A stretch of 64,000 nt of DNA from Adineta vaga (Eukaryota > Animalia > Rotifera): the NCBI GenBank assembly GCA_021613535.1, contig CP075496.1, forward strand, positions 1,860,001 to 1,924,000, in the 5' to 3' direction. The position numbers and the translations under genes were made by a program. The notes under the pieces are model-generated. The model was not told where the DNA came from, searched no databases, and saw only the letters and a list, made by a program, of their open reading frames with translations. This document shows, piece by piece, positions 14,401 to 29,126 of the stretch. The first letter of the stretch is position 1, and each line of letters opens with the position of its first letter.

Positions 14401-16982
14401 AACATTAGGTCAATGGAATATTTCTTTTTTTTCTCAATAAATCTATCGCATTTTCTTTTTCAGATACACCAATGCAAGTTAATCTGGGTTTATTTTCATT
14501 TAATCGTGGTTGTGGGTATATAGAAAAACCATCTTCGCTTTGTCAATCAACAGGTTCATTTGATCCCAAAGGTCGAACTAATGTTGAAAATGTTGTGGGT
14601 TATCAAATTGATATAAAATTAATATCGGGTCAATTTTTTTGTCAAGATCGTGAGCCGACTTATGTAGATATTGAAATGTATGGTATGTATGCCGATGCAA
14701 CCAAACGACATGAATATCGTTTACGTGCAAAACGATGGAATGGTTTTCAAGCTGTTTATGATGATACAGATGTTGAACAGGGAGAGTTTTCAATTCGATT
14801 TTCTAAAGTTATTTTACCTGAAATGGCTTCACTTCGTTTTGTTGTTTCGGAAGAAGATGGAACTTTTATTGGACAAAGTTTTATTCCAGTTGCACATCTA
14901 CGTTCAGGATATCGTCATGTTGTTTTACGTAATCAAATTAATATTCCTGTACAATCAGCGAGTTTATTTGTGTATATTCGAAAAGATGTTCATGTTGATG
15001 CAGAAAATAAAGAATTAATCGATCAACTTGTTTCACCAACATCTGTACAACCAATAATTAAAGAACAACAAACTAAACAAATTAAATTTAAACCACTTTC
15101 AGAACAACGTTCTCATTCAGTTGGAGAAATTAATACGATGACAAAACATTCACATGAAGAGATTCAACCATTTGCACATCATTTTCCAGTCAATTCACCT
15201 TTACAACATTATTATCCATCAACAACAGAAATGAATATGCCATTAACAGGAGTATCACTTCATCGAAAAAAACGTCTTCAATCCATAGCAATGGTTGATA
15301 TGAATTCTTATCAAAATAAATTGATTGCTTCTAGTCAATTATATGATAAAGAAAGATTATGTAGAGAACTTGATTTTGAAGGCGCACAAGAAACGAAATA
15401 TTTCAAACGAAAACGTGAAGGCATAGATGTAAAAATACGTCGTGCATCAGTAGAATTTGATAAGGTATCTATCCTATGGATAAATAAAAGTAAATAATGA
15501 TGTTTTGAATCGTTTTAGAAAATTCTCTTAGAAGAAGAACGTTTTCGAAAATGTCTTTATCGTCAACATACTGGAATTTATTCATCAGTTCAACGACCGA
15601 GTCATCATTGGACACAAACAGAATCAAATCTTCCAACTAGTTCATATAATGATGGTCGAACATCAAGTTTAATTCATCAAAGAGTTATTAGTGATGTATG
15701 ATCTATTGCTTGATTCTTTTTTTTCATTTTGATCTGTACATCTTTTCTTCGAATTAGGAAATGAAACAAGCCGAAACTCGTTTACTTGATCTTTATTCCA
15801 AAAAACTTCATTCACAAAATGAATTAGAATATAAACTTTCAAAAGACGTTCGTTTATCAATCTTTTTCATTATATTCTAACATCTATTCTGTTTGTTTGT
15901 TTTTTTAAGTATTACAATGATTTAGAAAAGTATGTCAACGATTATTATTCCAAACAATTAAATTATCTTCATGATACTCTCAAACAGTAAGTAAAGAATC
16001 TCAATTCTATGAATGGCTTATTCTATTTCTGAATGATATTGACAAGCATGTGTCGATTTTTTCTCTAGTTAAACAGTTTTTTCGTTTTCTACTAATGCGT
16101 GAGTAATCGAAAACCAGCTCGCTGTATTCCATTCTCGACACGACTGAATTCTAATCATTCTTTTTTTATCAATTCATGCTGCAATCGACTGATAAGAAAT
16201 GAATTTGCTTATTTTTGTTTAGTGAACAAGCCAAAGTTAAAGGTGATGTTCGAGTTCATATGAAAACTGAAACCAAGAAAACAATTATGAGTGAAACCGA
16301 TAGGTAATCTTATTCTTATGATAAAATGTAATTTATTTTGTTCTCTAGAGAAAAAATCGATAGTTTAAAAGAAAAAATTCGTCAAATGAATATTGAAGCT
16401 GGTGCCTTAGCTATACGAAAAGTAAATTCTCTAATTTGCTTTTGATTTTCATTAGATTTCTTTCTTTTAATCTAGCTTCAAGAAATGCATGAAAAATTAG
16501 AAACAACTATTCAAACAAATTTACAAACATCATTAAAATATCTACATCAAAACAAAGATTTGGTATTGAATCGATTTTGTTTGTTTTTTTGAAAATAAAA
16601 ATTTTCCGAATTTATTCACTTTTAGGAAACGAAAAATCGTTTTAGTAAATATTCCGATCAACTCAATGAAATAAAAGTTCGTCTACAACGTGAAATCCAT
16701 GGTTATGATTTTCATAATTTACGTGAAACTTCTTCATCTCCATATCGTTCAACCATAATAACAAGTGCTTCACTTTCTATTCTTTCTCAACATGAAAATC
16801 CAATAAATTCACCAACTTTTATCCCATCATTACCAACATCTTCTTCTTCCGAGAATTTTCTCCCTACAAAGCAATCATCTTCCGATGAACCGATAGATAA
16901 GAATAGTATAAAACATAATCAATTTGATACTGAAGATTTTATGAACAGTTTAAATCTAACAACCGAATCAACACGATTATGA
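11476..16982 (+). CDS. PLCB: Phosphoinositide phospholipase C beta (PH, EF, X, Y, C2, coiled-coil CTD)
   Basis: N-terminus [26 protein letters not shown] box [43 protein letters not shown] box [30 protein letters not shown]2 domain present; C-terminal ESTRL is a class I PDZ motif. Confidence 0.95.
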
Positions 16983-17761
16983 ACCTTTTCACCTGAAATG
17001 TTTGTGATTTTGTTTTCTTTCCTTTAAGTTTTATTTTTGAAAAATTTCATCGATTAATTCAATTGAATCTTTAGTTTGGAGTGTGTGTGTGTGGGTTTTT
17101 CTTGCCTTTTGTTTTTATTCTTGTTGATGTTTCGGGATAAAGTTTGTTTTTTTTTGTAGAAAAAAAAGTGATTTGTCTTTCGCCTTCTTTTTTTCACTTG
17201 GAATACGTGTGTGTGTAAATATATATTTAAAAAATAAACTCAAATCCATCTTGTTTTCCAAAAATGTCCTCTTGACATATGTAATTGCGATTGAAATCGA
17301 TACGATACGAGTAGAGAGTAAATAGGAGATTGATTTTGAGAATTCGTTTGATATTTATTCTTGAAATAAGATGAAGAAATTTTCAATTTTATTATATTAA
17401 GTGAAATAAACAAACAAAATTAATTATTTCACTCCAAAAATGCAAATACCTACTCGTACATCGTTTTCATCGGTTGGTCTGATACTCGTTGAACTTTCCG
17501 TATTGTTCCATAATAACTTCCTACAATATTTACTTTTTAAACAAAAGAAAGCAGCGAAACTGATCCATCATTTTTTTTACTTTACGACTTGATCAATAAT
17601 ATCATTTCATTTTTCTCATCAATTTATTGTATATGTATATATTAAAAAATAAATCAAATGCATATTACCATACACATACACACATGTCTAAAAATTTTTG
17701 ATCAGTCATATGACCACAAGGAATCACTGTTCACAACAAGAGACGAAAAAAAGCAGTTGAT

Positions 17762-20129
17762 TTATTTTTTTCCACCTTTTAATGCGGTATTTTCATCCCG
17801 AAGCTTCTTATATTCTCCAATTAATGTTTCTAAATTCGTCATCATATTCTTTTGGGATTCAACTTCAATCTAAAAAGCAAAAAGACAAAGTTTTCTCTTT
17901 AGAAAAGAAAACATCTCTCTGTCAAAACTTTACTTGATCTTCTAATTCACGAATTTCTCGTATAATAACACCAATATCTTCAACAATCTTGTAAATTGCA
18001 TCACAATTCGAATGAAAATCCACTAACATTTTATATGAACGTCGTGCACATTCGTCAGTTTTAGCATCCTGAAACAGTCAATAAAAATCTTCGTTTTATC
18101 AAAGAAATAATCATAATTACTTTGAATAATTGACTATCAGTGACTTGAAATGTTCGTTCAAGTTTATCTGTTAAACGATTTAAATCTTTTTGTAAAACAC
18201 GTGTTTCAATAATTGTTTTATTAATTTCGTCTTTTTGTTTATTTGTATTTGCAACAATTTCTAAGATTTGTTTCGTAAAAAATGCTCGTGAACGATCATT
18301 CTTCGATGTTGATGATTTATGTTTTTCATAATCATGTTGAAGTTGACCTAATTGTTCATCTTTCTCTTTAATATCATTCATTAACAATCGTCCTTTAGCT
18401 TTCATATCATTGATTTGAGATAATTTATCATTCAATTTAGCAGAACGATCATTCAATGCTTGAAGAAGATTATCACGTTGTTCGAGAAGACCCGAACGAG
18501 CATCAGCCCATTGACTTTCAAGTGTTATTAATTTAGTTTTTAACTTATCAATTGCTCTCTAAAAGAAAAGAATTCCAAATTGAATCTAATTCACATTTTC
18601 TTACTTGTAAACGTTCAGTTTCGGGATCAATCGATAATAAATAATTTGCTGCTTGTTTTTTCACTGTTAAATCTTTATTAATATTATCAATTTCAATTTT
18701 GGTTTCATCCGAAAATTTTTCATACTAAAGTAAGAAAACTGAATTAAGAAAATAGTTTTATTAGAATTCTCTTACTTTCTTAATACTTTCTTCTAATTTT
18801 TGTAATTGTGATTCAAGTTGATGAATAAGTTCTTCGTTTTCACTAAGCGAAGTTTTCAATCGTTCAAGTTCTTCCGTATGATCAACTGTTCGTTTAGGAT
18901 TTTCATCCAAATTATTTGCGTCTTGATCATGAACATTGGTATGCATAAAACGTGATCGTGTTAATAAAGATTCATCACCCTTCTTTTTCATATCATTACG
19001 ATTTGAATATTCATATTTCGCACCATTCGTATCACCTTCTTCAATTTGTTTACAAATTTCTTTTGAAAATACTTGATTGATTACTTGACCGGGAATCTAA
19101 ACAAATCGAAGTAATGAAATTTGTTTTTATGAAAAAGAAAAATTACAAACCAAATAACTGGATTCACGTTGTTTTTCTATCCAACATAAAACTTGATTTT
19201 CATACATTAATGAATCAGCCAAATTTCGAATATCAACTTGATCGAAAACATAAGCACTGGAATCTATGAATAGATATAGAATTAAGAAAAGATTTCCATT
19301 GAATTTCTACCTGCTGGTAGTTTCGTCTTGCCATTAGTTGGAGGAACATGAAGAGGTGAAATTTGAGAACGATTCAGTGGTGTAAAACCCTAAGTGAAAT
19401 CGAACGAATAATATGAAAGATGATAATCAACATTTGTTTTACTGATTTATGAGCAAATGCTGCAGCTGGATGATGAAATGGAATATGACAAAGATCAAGA
19501 ACAAGATCATATGGTATCCATGTTGATTCTGTTAATTGATTTGTAATTTTATTCGATACAATTCGATCAAGAGCATCCCAAGGATCTACGAAAAAGGTAA
19601 ATTTGTTTATAAGAAAAAAACAAATCAATCTAATCTTAACATACCAAGTGTTGTTGATGCGACACTTACTGCGATTTCTCTTGGTACTTTTTCAATGAGA
19701 AAATTAAGTAATTTTCTTGTTTCATGTTCATTAATACTTAAAAATGTTTGATAACCAATATCACCTCTATAACCATTAGACTACTAAATATAATTTTGAT
19801 AAGAATAATTAATAATAAAATAAAGAATGGAACAACCTGACAAAGTTGAGCTAATTCACCACAAACTTTGAATCGCGTTGAAATATTTGCTGGTAAACGA
19901 GTAGGTAAATCTTTGTTACCAGTTATCAATTGAAGACATTGTGAAACACAACCAAAAAGAGTATTGACATCAAATTCACTGACATTTTGAAGAGCATCAT
20001 CTATTTGACTAAGACAAATCAATGTGAAAGATTTATTTAAACGATGATTTTGAGAAAGAAAAACAAAATATCAATTTACCATCCGATATCGCGTAAACTT
20101 TGTATTAAAATTCTATCAACTTCTTCCAT
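17762..20129 (-). CDS. CCDC22: Coiled-coil domain-containing protein 22 (Commander/CCC complex)
   Basis: Starts [16 protein letters not shown]; contains [49 protein letters not shown] and [14 protein letters not shown]; stop at 17762-17764. Confidence 0.93.
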
Positions 20130-20736
20130 GTTAACTAATAAGTAGAGTGATGTTTATCTATTAAAAGTCCAACAAAGATAAAAGCAATAGTGTATGAAAC
20201 TGAATCAAGTGGTAGAAAAAAAAGAGAAGACAAGTATTGGATGAGAGAAAAACCAATGAAGTTCTGAAATCGTTTTATTGCAAAAAAAAACTATTCTTCA
20301 ATGTTTCGAATACTCTCGGAAGATATTTAAATAACTATACAGATAATTTAGAAACTCGTAGATAAGTTATTTGCGTGATTAAATGATGTCGTCTTTGGAA
20401 ATATTTCGGAAAAACTGTATAAATATTAATCAATTGAAAAGGTTCCCAATTAATGTTTTATTTCTATACATATTCAACAATGAAGAGTTGAAAGATCTAG
20501 AATTTTGATGAAATCATTTCAGAAAAGAAATCCAACTTTATCATCTTCCTTCGTTAAACGATAAGTGAACAAATGAACGGGGAATTAATCATAGCGACAT
20601 CTTTGTTCAAATCATCATTGGTAAATTTTCATAAAAAGAGTTCGAATTGTATTGGCCACTCTGTGTTTTTTGAAAAATTTTCGAAACAATTACTCGAATT
20701 TATTTATCCAGACTAGTTACTTCCATCAAGAAAAAT

Positions 20737-22424
20737 ATGAATATTGCTTGTACAATTTGTTTGGATCGTTTTTTTCACTCGTCAACTATATCAGCATCAC
20801 CATGTGGTCATTTATTTCATGATAAATGTTTGGATCGTTGGATAATCGATGAACGAAAAAAGACTTGTCCACAATGTCGTACAGCTATTACACCAAAACA
20901 AATATTAAAGTAAAAATTTATTCATTTATTTCAATATAATCGTTTTGATTTGAATAGAAAATTGTATTTAATGGAACCATTATGTCAAACACAAATGCCA
21001 GCTGGTGGTCATGATTCTTCTGAACTTCTCAGTCGACTTGACGCACAAGAAACTAAAATCCTCGAATGTGAACAACGTTGTCGAAAGATTCTTAGTGATC
21101 TTCAAAAAGTAAATAAACTATTGGCACTTTTTTGTATCTTATTCTATTGATTAGAGTGAAGAACGACGACAAGCATTTGAAAATGATACAACTAATTTAC
21201 GAAAACAACTAAGTGAACAAGCAGGAAAACATCACCGATTGATCAATGAACGTGATGCTAGAATTAATATGTTAATGGAACAATACAAGTAAATCATATT
21301 TACTTGTGATTTCTGAAATGTAGCTTACTTGATCTTTATTGTTTTAGACATGTTGATTTATCTAATAAAAAAGATGAACAAATTAAATCCTTACAAACTA
21401 AATTAAATGAATATCGTAATATTGATCTCATTTATAAAGGTTAATTTATTCACATACTTAAATTCATTCACAGTATTCATTTGTTTCGTTTTATTAAAAT
21501 AGGTTTAGCCAATAATTTCAAAGCAGAATTACAAAAAATGGTTGGATCTTGTCAAACAGTGCATGATAAAGATCGTGTCATTGAAGAATTAATACGATAT
21601 AATGTTATATTGAAAGAAGAACATAGTAAAATGTCAGATGATAAACAAGATTTAATTCGAAATCTTGATCGAGTCACTGCACAATGTGAAAAAATGCAAT
21701 TAGATAAACGACAAGCAATCAAACGGTAATACTTTTATCAAATTATTTTCTTTATTAACATGTAATCTTTAGTCAAACAACATCTGCAGATAATACTAAA
21801 CAAGAATTAGCATCTGCTCGTCAACAACTTGAATCTTATCAATCTCGTATTAATCAATTAGAATCACTTTTACTTCGAAATGCTTCACCTGATAAACGTA
21901 CACTTCCTCGTCGTGTGATAAATGAAAGTTCATTGTCAAATAATGTTACAGAAAAAGTTCGTATTCAATCAGAAGAATCATCCGAATTAAGACAACTTAC
22001 ATTATTTGACGATGAAAGTTCGAAAGATGATGATACGGATTCAAATATGATTGATTTAACAAATGTTCCTGAACAAACAACTTATTCTACTCAACAATTT
22101 GCAACAACGTCATCAGCAATTGATATTCTTCATTCAATTATTCAAGAGACAACATCAAGTTTAGATTTACCAACAATGAAAAAACTGAAAGTTAGAAAAT
22201 TAGATGATGATATGGAAGAAAATGATGATTATCTTGTCCGACCATTAGTTCGAAATCACGGAAATTTTCAACGTACATTCAATAAATTTGGTGGACATTC
22301 TTCAAATCCAATAACACGACGTATTAGTAATACAACATTTAAATCGAAGCCAAAAATAACAAAATCAAGAAGTACAACAACAACATCACGAAATAATCAT
22401 AAAATCACAACATTTTTTGTCTAA
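20737..22424 (+). CDS. TRAIP: TRAF-interacting RING E3 ubiquitin ligase (TRAIP/NOPO)
   Basis: N-terminal RING-H2 CTICLDRF..CGHLFHDKCLDRW..KTCPQCR followed by KLYL, then a coiled coil, FNKFGGHS and a C-terminal PIP-box-like NHKITTFFV. Confidence 0.85.
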
Positions 22425-22500
22425 TATTATTTATTTCTGCGTCTTTCAACTTTCTTTTTTTGTACAATAGAAATTTCAAGAAAAAGAAAGTAATGATAAA

Positions 22501-23503
22501 TTAAATTCTTTTGTATTCTTGTTGTTGTTTAGCAGCAATTAGTCGATTATACATATTTACTTCATAACGAAGTCTTTTTAAATGTTCCATTGTTGATTCT
22601 TGTTTATCTTCATGTTCAATTTTTTCTTCATCTCGTTTGTTTTCTGACATGAGTTTTTGTTTGAGTTGATCATAATTCAAACGATAATCATAAAGATGAC
22701 CATTGACTTTTTTCAAATGATGTTTCATATTTTGAATATCAGTTTCATATTGATGATTGAGTAAAAGAGATGAATTTAATTGTTCATGTAATTGTTTATT
22801 TTCATCATAAAGACGTAAGAGACGTTGACGTTCATAATGAATAATACGATCACGATGAATACATTGTTGACATATTTGTTGTTTAGTATATGTTTCTAGA
22901 AGAAGAGAATTATTTGCAGGTTGATTCGTTTTTCCCAAAGTAAAAAATGAATCAGATAATTCTTTAACTTGATAAGTTGTAAATGTTTCACTTCGATTAC
23001 GATTGATCGGTTCAGATGTAGTTACAAGAGAATCTAAATAAGAAAATTTTTAATGAAAAACTATCGAATAGAACACAATATTATACCATGTCCATCATAG
23101 ATACTATCTACTTCTATAAATTCATCAGATGAATTAATAAATGACGACGACGTTGGTAGATATTGATGTTGTTTAAGTTTATTTTTAACATGATTTGAAA
23201 GTTCAATAATTTGTTCATGACGTTGCATTGTATTTTGATTGTTAACATTGATTTCCTAAGTTTATAGACAATACTCTATTGCTTTTGTTTTGTTAATTCA
23301 ACAACAAAAGAGAAGGAACGAGAAAACCAATATTGTTCTTCTTTTTTCACACTCAACTTTTTCTTCTCTCTAGTTTTCTTCTACGGAACATGGAATCTTC
23401 TTTACTTTATATACTTTTTATTATTGTTTTCCTTTCTCTTTTTGTTCTTTTAGTTTCTTTTTTCTTATATAGTTACCGACTTTTGTTGAGATGACACTTT
23501 CAT
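22501..23503 (-). CDS. Uncharacterised coiled-coil protein (3 exons)
   Basis: Phase-consistent exons of about 23477-23503 (MKVSSQQKS), 23088-23256 and 22501-23033. A CQQC motif precedes a heptad-rich region. No family recognised. Confidence 0.7.
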
Positions 23504-24772
23504 AGAAAGAATGATATCGTTAGATATTTTATAATGATACTAGAACATTTTTCAATTTAGAATAACAACGAGATATTCAATTTTTTTGTAAAGATTACTT
23601 TTCAAGTATAGAATGACGTAGATAAAATGAAATTTTATTCTTGATTTAACTAGTATATTATTGTTTGAAATTACTTTTTTTAAAAGAATAAACAGTTAAA
23701 TATCAACAATTTTCCGTTGTTATCATTGATAGTTTTTCTATTAGAAATAGAATATAATAAAAAAGTGTGAGTAAATAACTTGGCAGAAATCTGATGGTCT
23801 TTGTTTGACTTAAGGATATATGATTTGAAAGTATGGAAATGATTTACATATAGGAATTGATTAAGAACATTGTCCAAAATTTAAGAATGTCATTAACTAT
23901 AAAGGTACATAGAACAATCATAAATAATTGAATAAATTGTGCTTGAAAACCTTTCTCTCAAATGTACCTTTTCGTTCTTTAAAGTACCTGATAAATCAAT
24001 CATATTAAAAATTAAAAAGAATTAATATTGCAATAGATCGTCTGGAGCATTGAAGAACGTGACAACTATAAACTTCAACAAAGAACAAAATAAATGATCA
24101 TTTGATATGTTAAAATACACATGAGAATGAGAATTATATCGTCATGATATATTCATATCATTCTAAACTAATTTGAAAGAAGAGAAGAATTCTCAAACAA
24201 TAATTATTGTTTTTAAATGATACTATTCAAAAATACAATTAGTTTATTCAATAAAGATACATTGGTTAATTGTGAAATATTTATAAAGATTCATTTGATA
24301 CATTTCAATTATTTATTTTTAGTTAAATTATTAATATATTTCATTTCTTGATACATTTTTAAAACTCAGCTCATCATAGTAATACTCCATTCAAATTAAA
24401 GATAGAACAACGAAGAGCGACATCTATTATATGATACAGTAGTTTTTCGTAATTATTTACTTGGAAAGAAAAGATGATTTCTTAAAGATATATAGAATGA
24501 TGTTAAATGTTGTCATGTTTGACAGAATCACTGTTTTTCTATATCGAGATTGGTTAATAACTATAGACGAACGATCAATTGACTTTATTTGATAGGGTAC
24601 ACATGATATCATTATGGCTGACAACGAACAGAGACCGCCTTTTTTCTGTGTAAATGAACCAACCAAACCACACTTACATGAGTTAAACTCACTTTGATTA
24701 TTAATCACTTGTTACAAAATAAAAATTTCAGATTTATTTCCTATCATTTTTTGTTTGACTTAAAACAAGATA

Positions 24773-25411
24773 ATGGCTTCTGAAAATAATGAATCCGATA
24801 AGAAGATACTGAGCATGGCTCAAGTACGAGAATTAGCTAAAGATAAAGATAAATGCATTATGGTTATTGATAATTGTGTTTATGATATTACAAAATTTAT
24901 CGATGAAGTATGTTATTACATCTTTTATTTATTGGAAATAGAGAAGATTTAGAAGAAAAAAAATATTTAGCATCCAGGTGGAGAAGAAGTTCTGAAAGAA
25001 AATCATGGTAAAGATGCAACAAATGCATTTGAAGATGTTGGTCATAGTACAGATGCACGTGAACAAATGAAAGCGTACAAAATTGCTGTACTTCATTCAG
25101 TAAGTTGATGAGAAAAAAAATGAACTTTTTTATTAAATTGATTGTTTGAATTCTTTGTATAGGATGATATCAAAGGATCATCCAAAGTTTGTAATTTTCT
25201 TTGAATAATATAATAGAAGTATTCAATTTTTTTCTAGCCACGTCCAGTGATTAACAACTCAAGTGGTACTACAAGTAATACTAATAATGAAACTGGTGCA
25301 TCTTGGTCTAAATGGGTCATTCCACTTGTGATAGCAGTTGCAGCTGCAGTTCTTTTCAAATTATTATCTAAATCTGGCACTGATATCAATCGACCTCCAA
25401 AAGCTATTTAA
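24773..25411 (+). CDS. CYB5: Cytochrome b5, tail-anchored
   Basis: [10 protein letters not shown]|[26 protein letters not shown] heme-binding motifs and a C-terminal TM segment [18 protein letters not shown]. Four exons, including a 24-nt exon at about 25163-25186. Confidence 0.95.
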
Positions 25412-25605
25412 ACTGTTTTTTTCCTCCTAAGTCTATCTTATTTATTATATATGAGTTATAATTAGATCAATAAGAAGCAAAATAGACACGAAAATGAGAT
25501 ATTCATAGAGATTTCCATCAGTCTTTTTCCTAATAAATCTCTCTTTTTAGATATATTATTCTTATTTTGTTCAACTTGTCAGAAAACATTCGATTCTGCA
25601 ATATA

Positions 25606-28600
25606 ATGGCAGAAGCTCAACTAACAAATCAATTAACACGAATTGATTCGATGACTAATGTTGAATTACGTGCAGAACTTAAACGACGTGGTTGTCCAAC
25701 ATCAGGCAATAAAAAAGATCTTCTAGCAAAATTACGCGTTGCTTTACAAAAAGAATATGAACAAGCATTAGAAGCTGCATCGACAACTTCAACTGTTGAT
25801 TCAATGAGTCTTGATGGACGAAATAATAATTATTCAAATTTACAACAATCACCAGTTGTACCATTTGATGTTAATAGATCTTCATTAAATAATTCAACAG
25901 GATCATCAAATAATTATATGACACCACATAGTGGAAGTCCAATGGTATATTCTCAACATATGCATAGTGGAGAAGTACCATTAACCTATACAAATTTACA
26001 AATTCATGATCAAGTAAGATAATAGTTAAAGAAAGAGATTAGAATTACTTTTTTTTTCTTTTTTCCATAGGCTACTGGACAATATCCATCTGTGTATAAT
26101 TTAACAATGAATCAAAATGTTCATCAACCTCCAGCTCCTATGATTCCTGTACCCCAGCAATTAACTCTTTCAACAGGAGAAAGACATCAAATGTATGATC
26201 AATCACTTTTACATAATCAACAACAACAACAACAACAACAATTTTCACCAATGAGTACACGTCGACAACGAACTAGTGTAGATACTCCAACAAATGCAGT
26301 TATTCCTCCAAATATTCCTGAAGTATCACCCGAGAAAAAACCACGAACACGAAGTAAAAAACCATCGGTTGATTCTCAACCGAATGATATTCAACAACCA
26401 ATAGAATCATATGTAAATCCACCAGTTCAAAATTTACCACCTGAAATCATTCATTCAATACCTATTCAAACACCGATTATCAACGAACCAATAGCTGACA
26501 ATTCATCGACAATGAATATCACTGGCAATGATATAGAGGTGAACCCGCTTGTGAGTAAGAGCCATGAGGAGGAACAAAAAGATCTAGGACAAGTAAGAGA
26601 AGAAAGAGGAGATTCACGTTCACCATCTGTAGACAGTAGTAGTGTCAAGTCCGAGTCTGTTATTAAAGAAATCCCGTTATCCGGCGATCGACATCGTTTG
26701 AGTCGATCGAAATCACCTAAATCACGTTGGCATCATTCACCATCACCTCAACAACCACAAACTAATCAGCCACCAACGATTGTGGAAGAACAAAACTCGG
26801 CTATAGCAACTACAAACGATGATAATAAGTATGTTGAATAAATACCTTATTTATACATGATTTTCAATCTATATTACATTTTTCTTTAGTACAACTAATG
26901 TTCAAGTTGAAAAGTCATCGAGTATAACTTTATCCGCCGAGAATACGAATGATTCAGGTGTTAATGAACAACAACAACAAGTATGATGATTGATTTTGTC
27001 AATATTTACTCAATAACAATATCTGTTTGTTATTTTAGAATGAATTACCCGAAATTAAAACACAGGAGCCTACGAAAAGTATCTATTCTTATCACTTTTA
27101 TATAAGACATATTATATTCTCTTATTTTGAATAGAAGAAGAATCAACATTAGCTATCACTAATAATAATAATGATAATAATAATCAACAACCGGAAAAAG
27201 CTGCACCTGAACAACAACTAAGACCTAGTCGTTCTCAAACATCAACATCATCTACATCCACATCGGTAATGAAAGGTTTAAATCGATCGACAGGAAGCAA
27301 CCGAATGAATCTATCATCAGATGTACTTAAAGTAATATTGAATCTTTTTCCTATTTGTCCATATATTTATTGTTTTTCTTTAATTCAGACGCTTATTCCA
27401 AATATTAGTTTAGCACCTGAATCAGTTGTAACGGATGAACTTGAAGCTTCTGTTAATGACATTGATCATACTGATGATAATGAACATTCAGATGAAGCCA
27501 TACTTGAAACAAGTATTGGTAATGGTCATCTTTTATCTGATTCGATGACTATTGGCGAAATAGCTGATCAAAAACAACAACGTAATCGAACGGTTGTCAT
27601 TGATGTTAATGTATGTATCAATTATCAATTATCAATTAAAATAAAGATATTTTTATTCGAATTTCTTAGGTTGATTCTTCATCATTAAATAATGATCTTA
27701 TTGGAAATGGTTCCGACATTCGAAAAAAGACTCAAACACCAGCACCACCTGCTCGTATTGCTTCTTTCGAATCGAAAACATTACATGATGGAAAAACTAA
27801 TGGTAGTGTACATTTCTCTTCAATAGGAAACTATATTTCTTTTTTTTCAAATAGCACTTATGATGGATGCACCGGTACGTGTAAAAGATGTTACAGAAGC
27901 AATTGAACCACCTAGTCGAATTATATACATTCGTGGTCTCACACGTCCATTCACACTTACATTGTTAAAAGAACTTCTTAAAGATTATGGAGCATTAGTG
28001 GATGGTGAACTTTGGCTTGATAAAATAAAAAGTCAATGTTTTGTCACTGTAAGATCTTTTTTTTTGAACTAATTTCTTCGATTTATATTACATCTTCTGT
28101 TTATATTAGTATGCGACACTTGAAGGAGCACAAAAGGCTCGTGAAGGTCTTGATGGTTGTCGATGGCCATCAACCAATCCGAAAACATTGTCTGTTCGAT
28201 TTGGTCGTCAAGACGAAGTAAATTTTGTTTGTTTTTAAATACAAAGATTAGATATTATGATTATTCTTTTACTTTTTAGTTTGAATTTAGTAAAACACAT
28301 GATTTACCACCTGATCAAATGTCGACTGGTAAAAAAATTGTTCAAAGTATTTTTAAATTCATTCGATTTTCGTAGATACAATGGATACGACAAATAATCG
28401 TCTTATTCAAGAAAAATCAGCTTCTACGAATAAAACATCATTACGTCGATCAATCAGTCCTACTAATTACACAAATGTTAACAATAAAAAATTTCGTCCA
28501 AGTGGTAATGCTGATGTACGAGAATGGGATCTACCGAAATTTCAACAGCAAGATGATAAATCATCGACAGAACGTCATGTTATTGAAGAACAAACAGGTA

Positions 28601-29126
28601 TTTCGATGAACCTAACAGCTCTCATCTATTAGAATATTGTACTTTCTTTTATTTGTTATACTAGTAAAAAGTACTGAACCACCGGCGAAAGGACTCGATG
28701 ATTACTTCCGTAAAACAAAAGCTAAACCAGCGATCTATTGGTTACCATTAACCGAAGAACAAGTAAGATCTTTGATTTTTGGTTTTATTCGATAGTAAAT
28801 TATTGATTTTGTAATTTAGATTGTTGAACGAACGCGTCGACAGGAACAACGTAATGCTGAACGTGATGAAGAACAGAAAAAACGACAACTCGATGAAACT
28901 GCACGTAATTCCAGCAATAATAAAGATTCTGTATGATTTTTTAAGATTTATTTTTGAAAATTGTTATTGAGCTAAGTTTTTTATCTTCTAGAAATCTCGT
29001 TCCAATAATAATGAAAATGCATCATCGAATCGTTCTCAACGTCGATCTCAATCACCTCGAGATAAACGTCGACGTGTGTCTTCAGGTGCTACACCACCAC
29101 CTCGCCGAGATAATAAACGGCATTAG
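25606..29126 (+). CDS. ACIN1: Acinus (apoptotic chromatin condensation inducer; ASAP/EJC component)
   Basis: N-terminal SAP domain, LSSDVLKTLIP, RRM with [35 protein letters not shown] motif [27 protein letters not shown], and an RS-rich tail. Confidence 0.95.
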
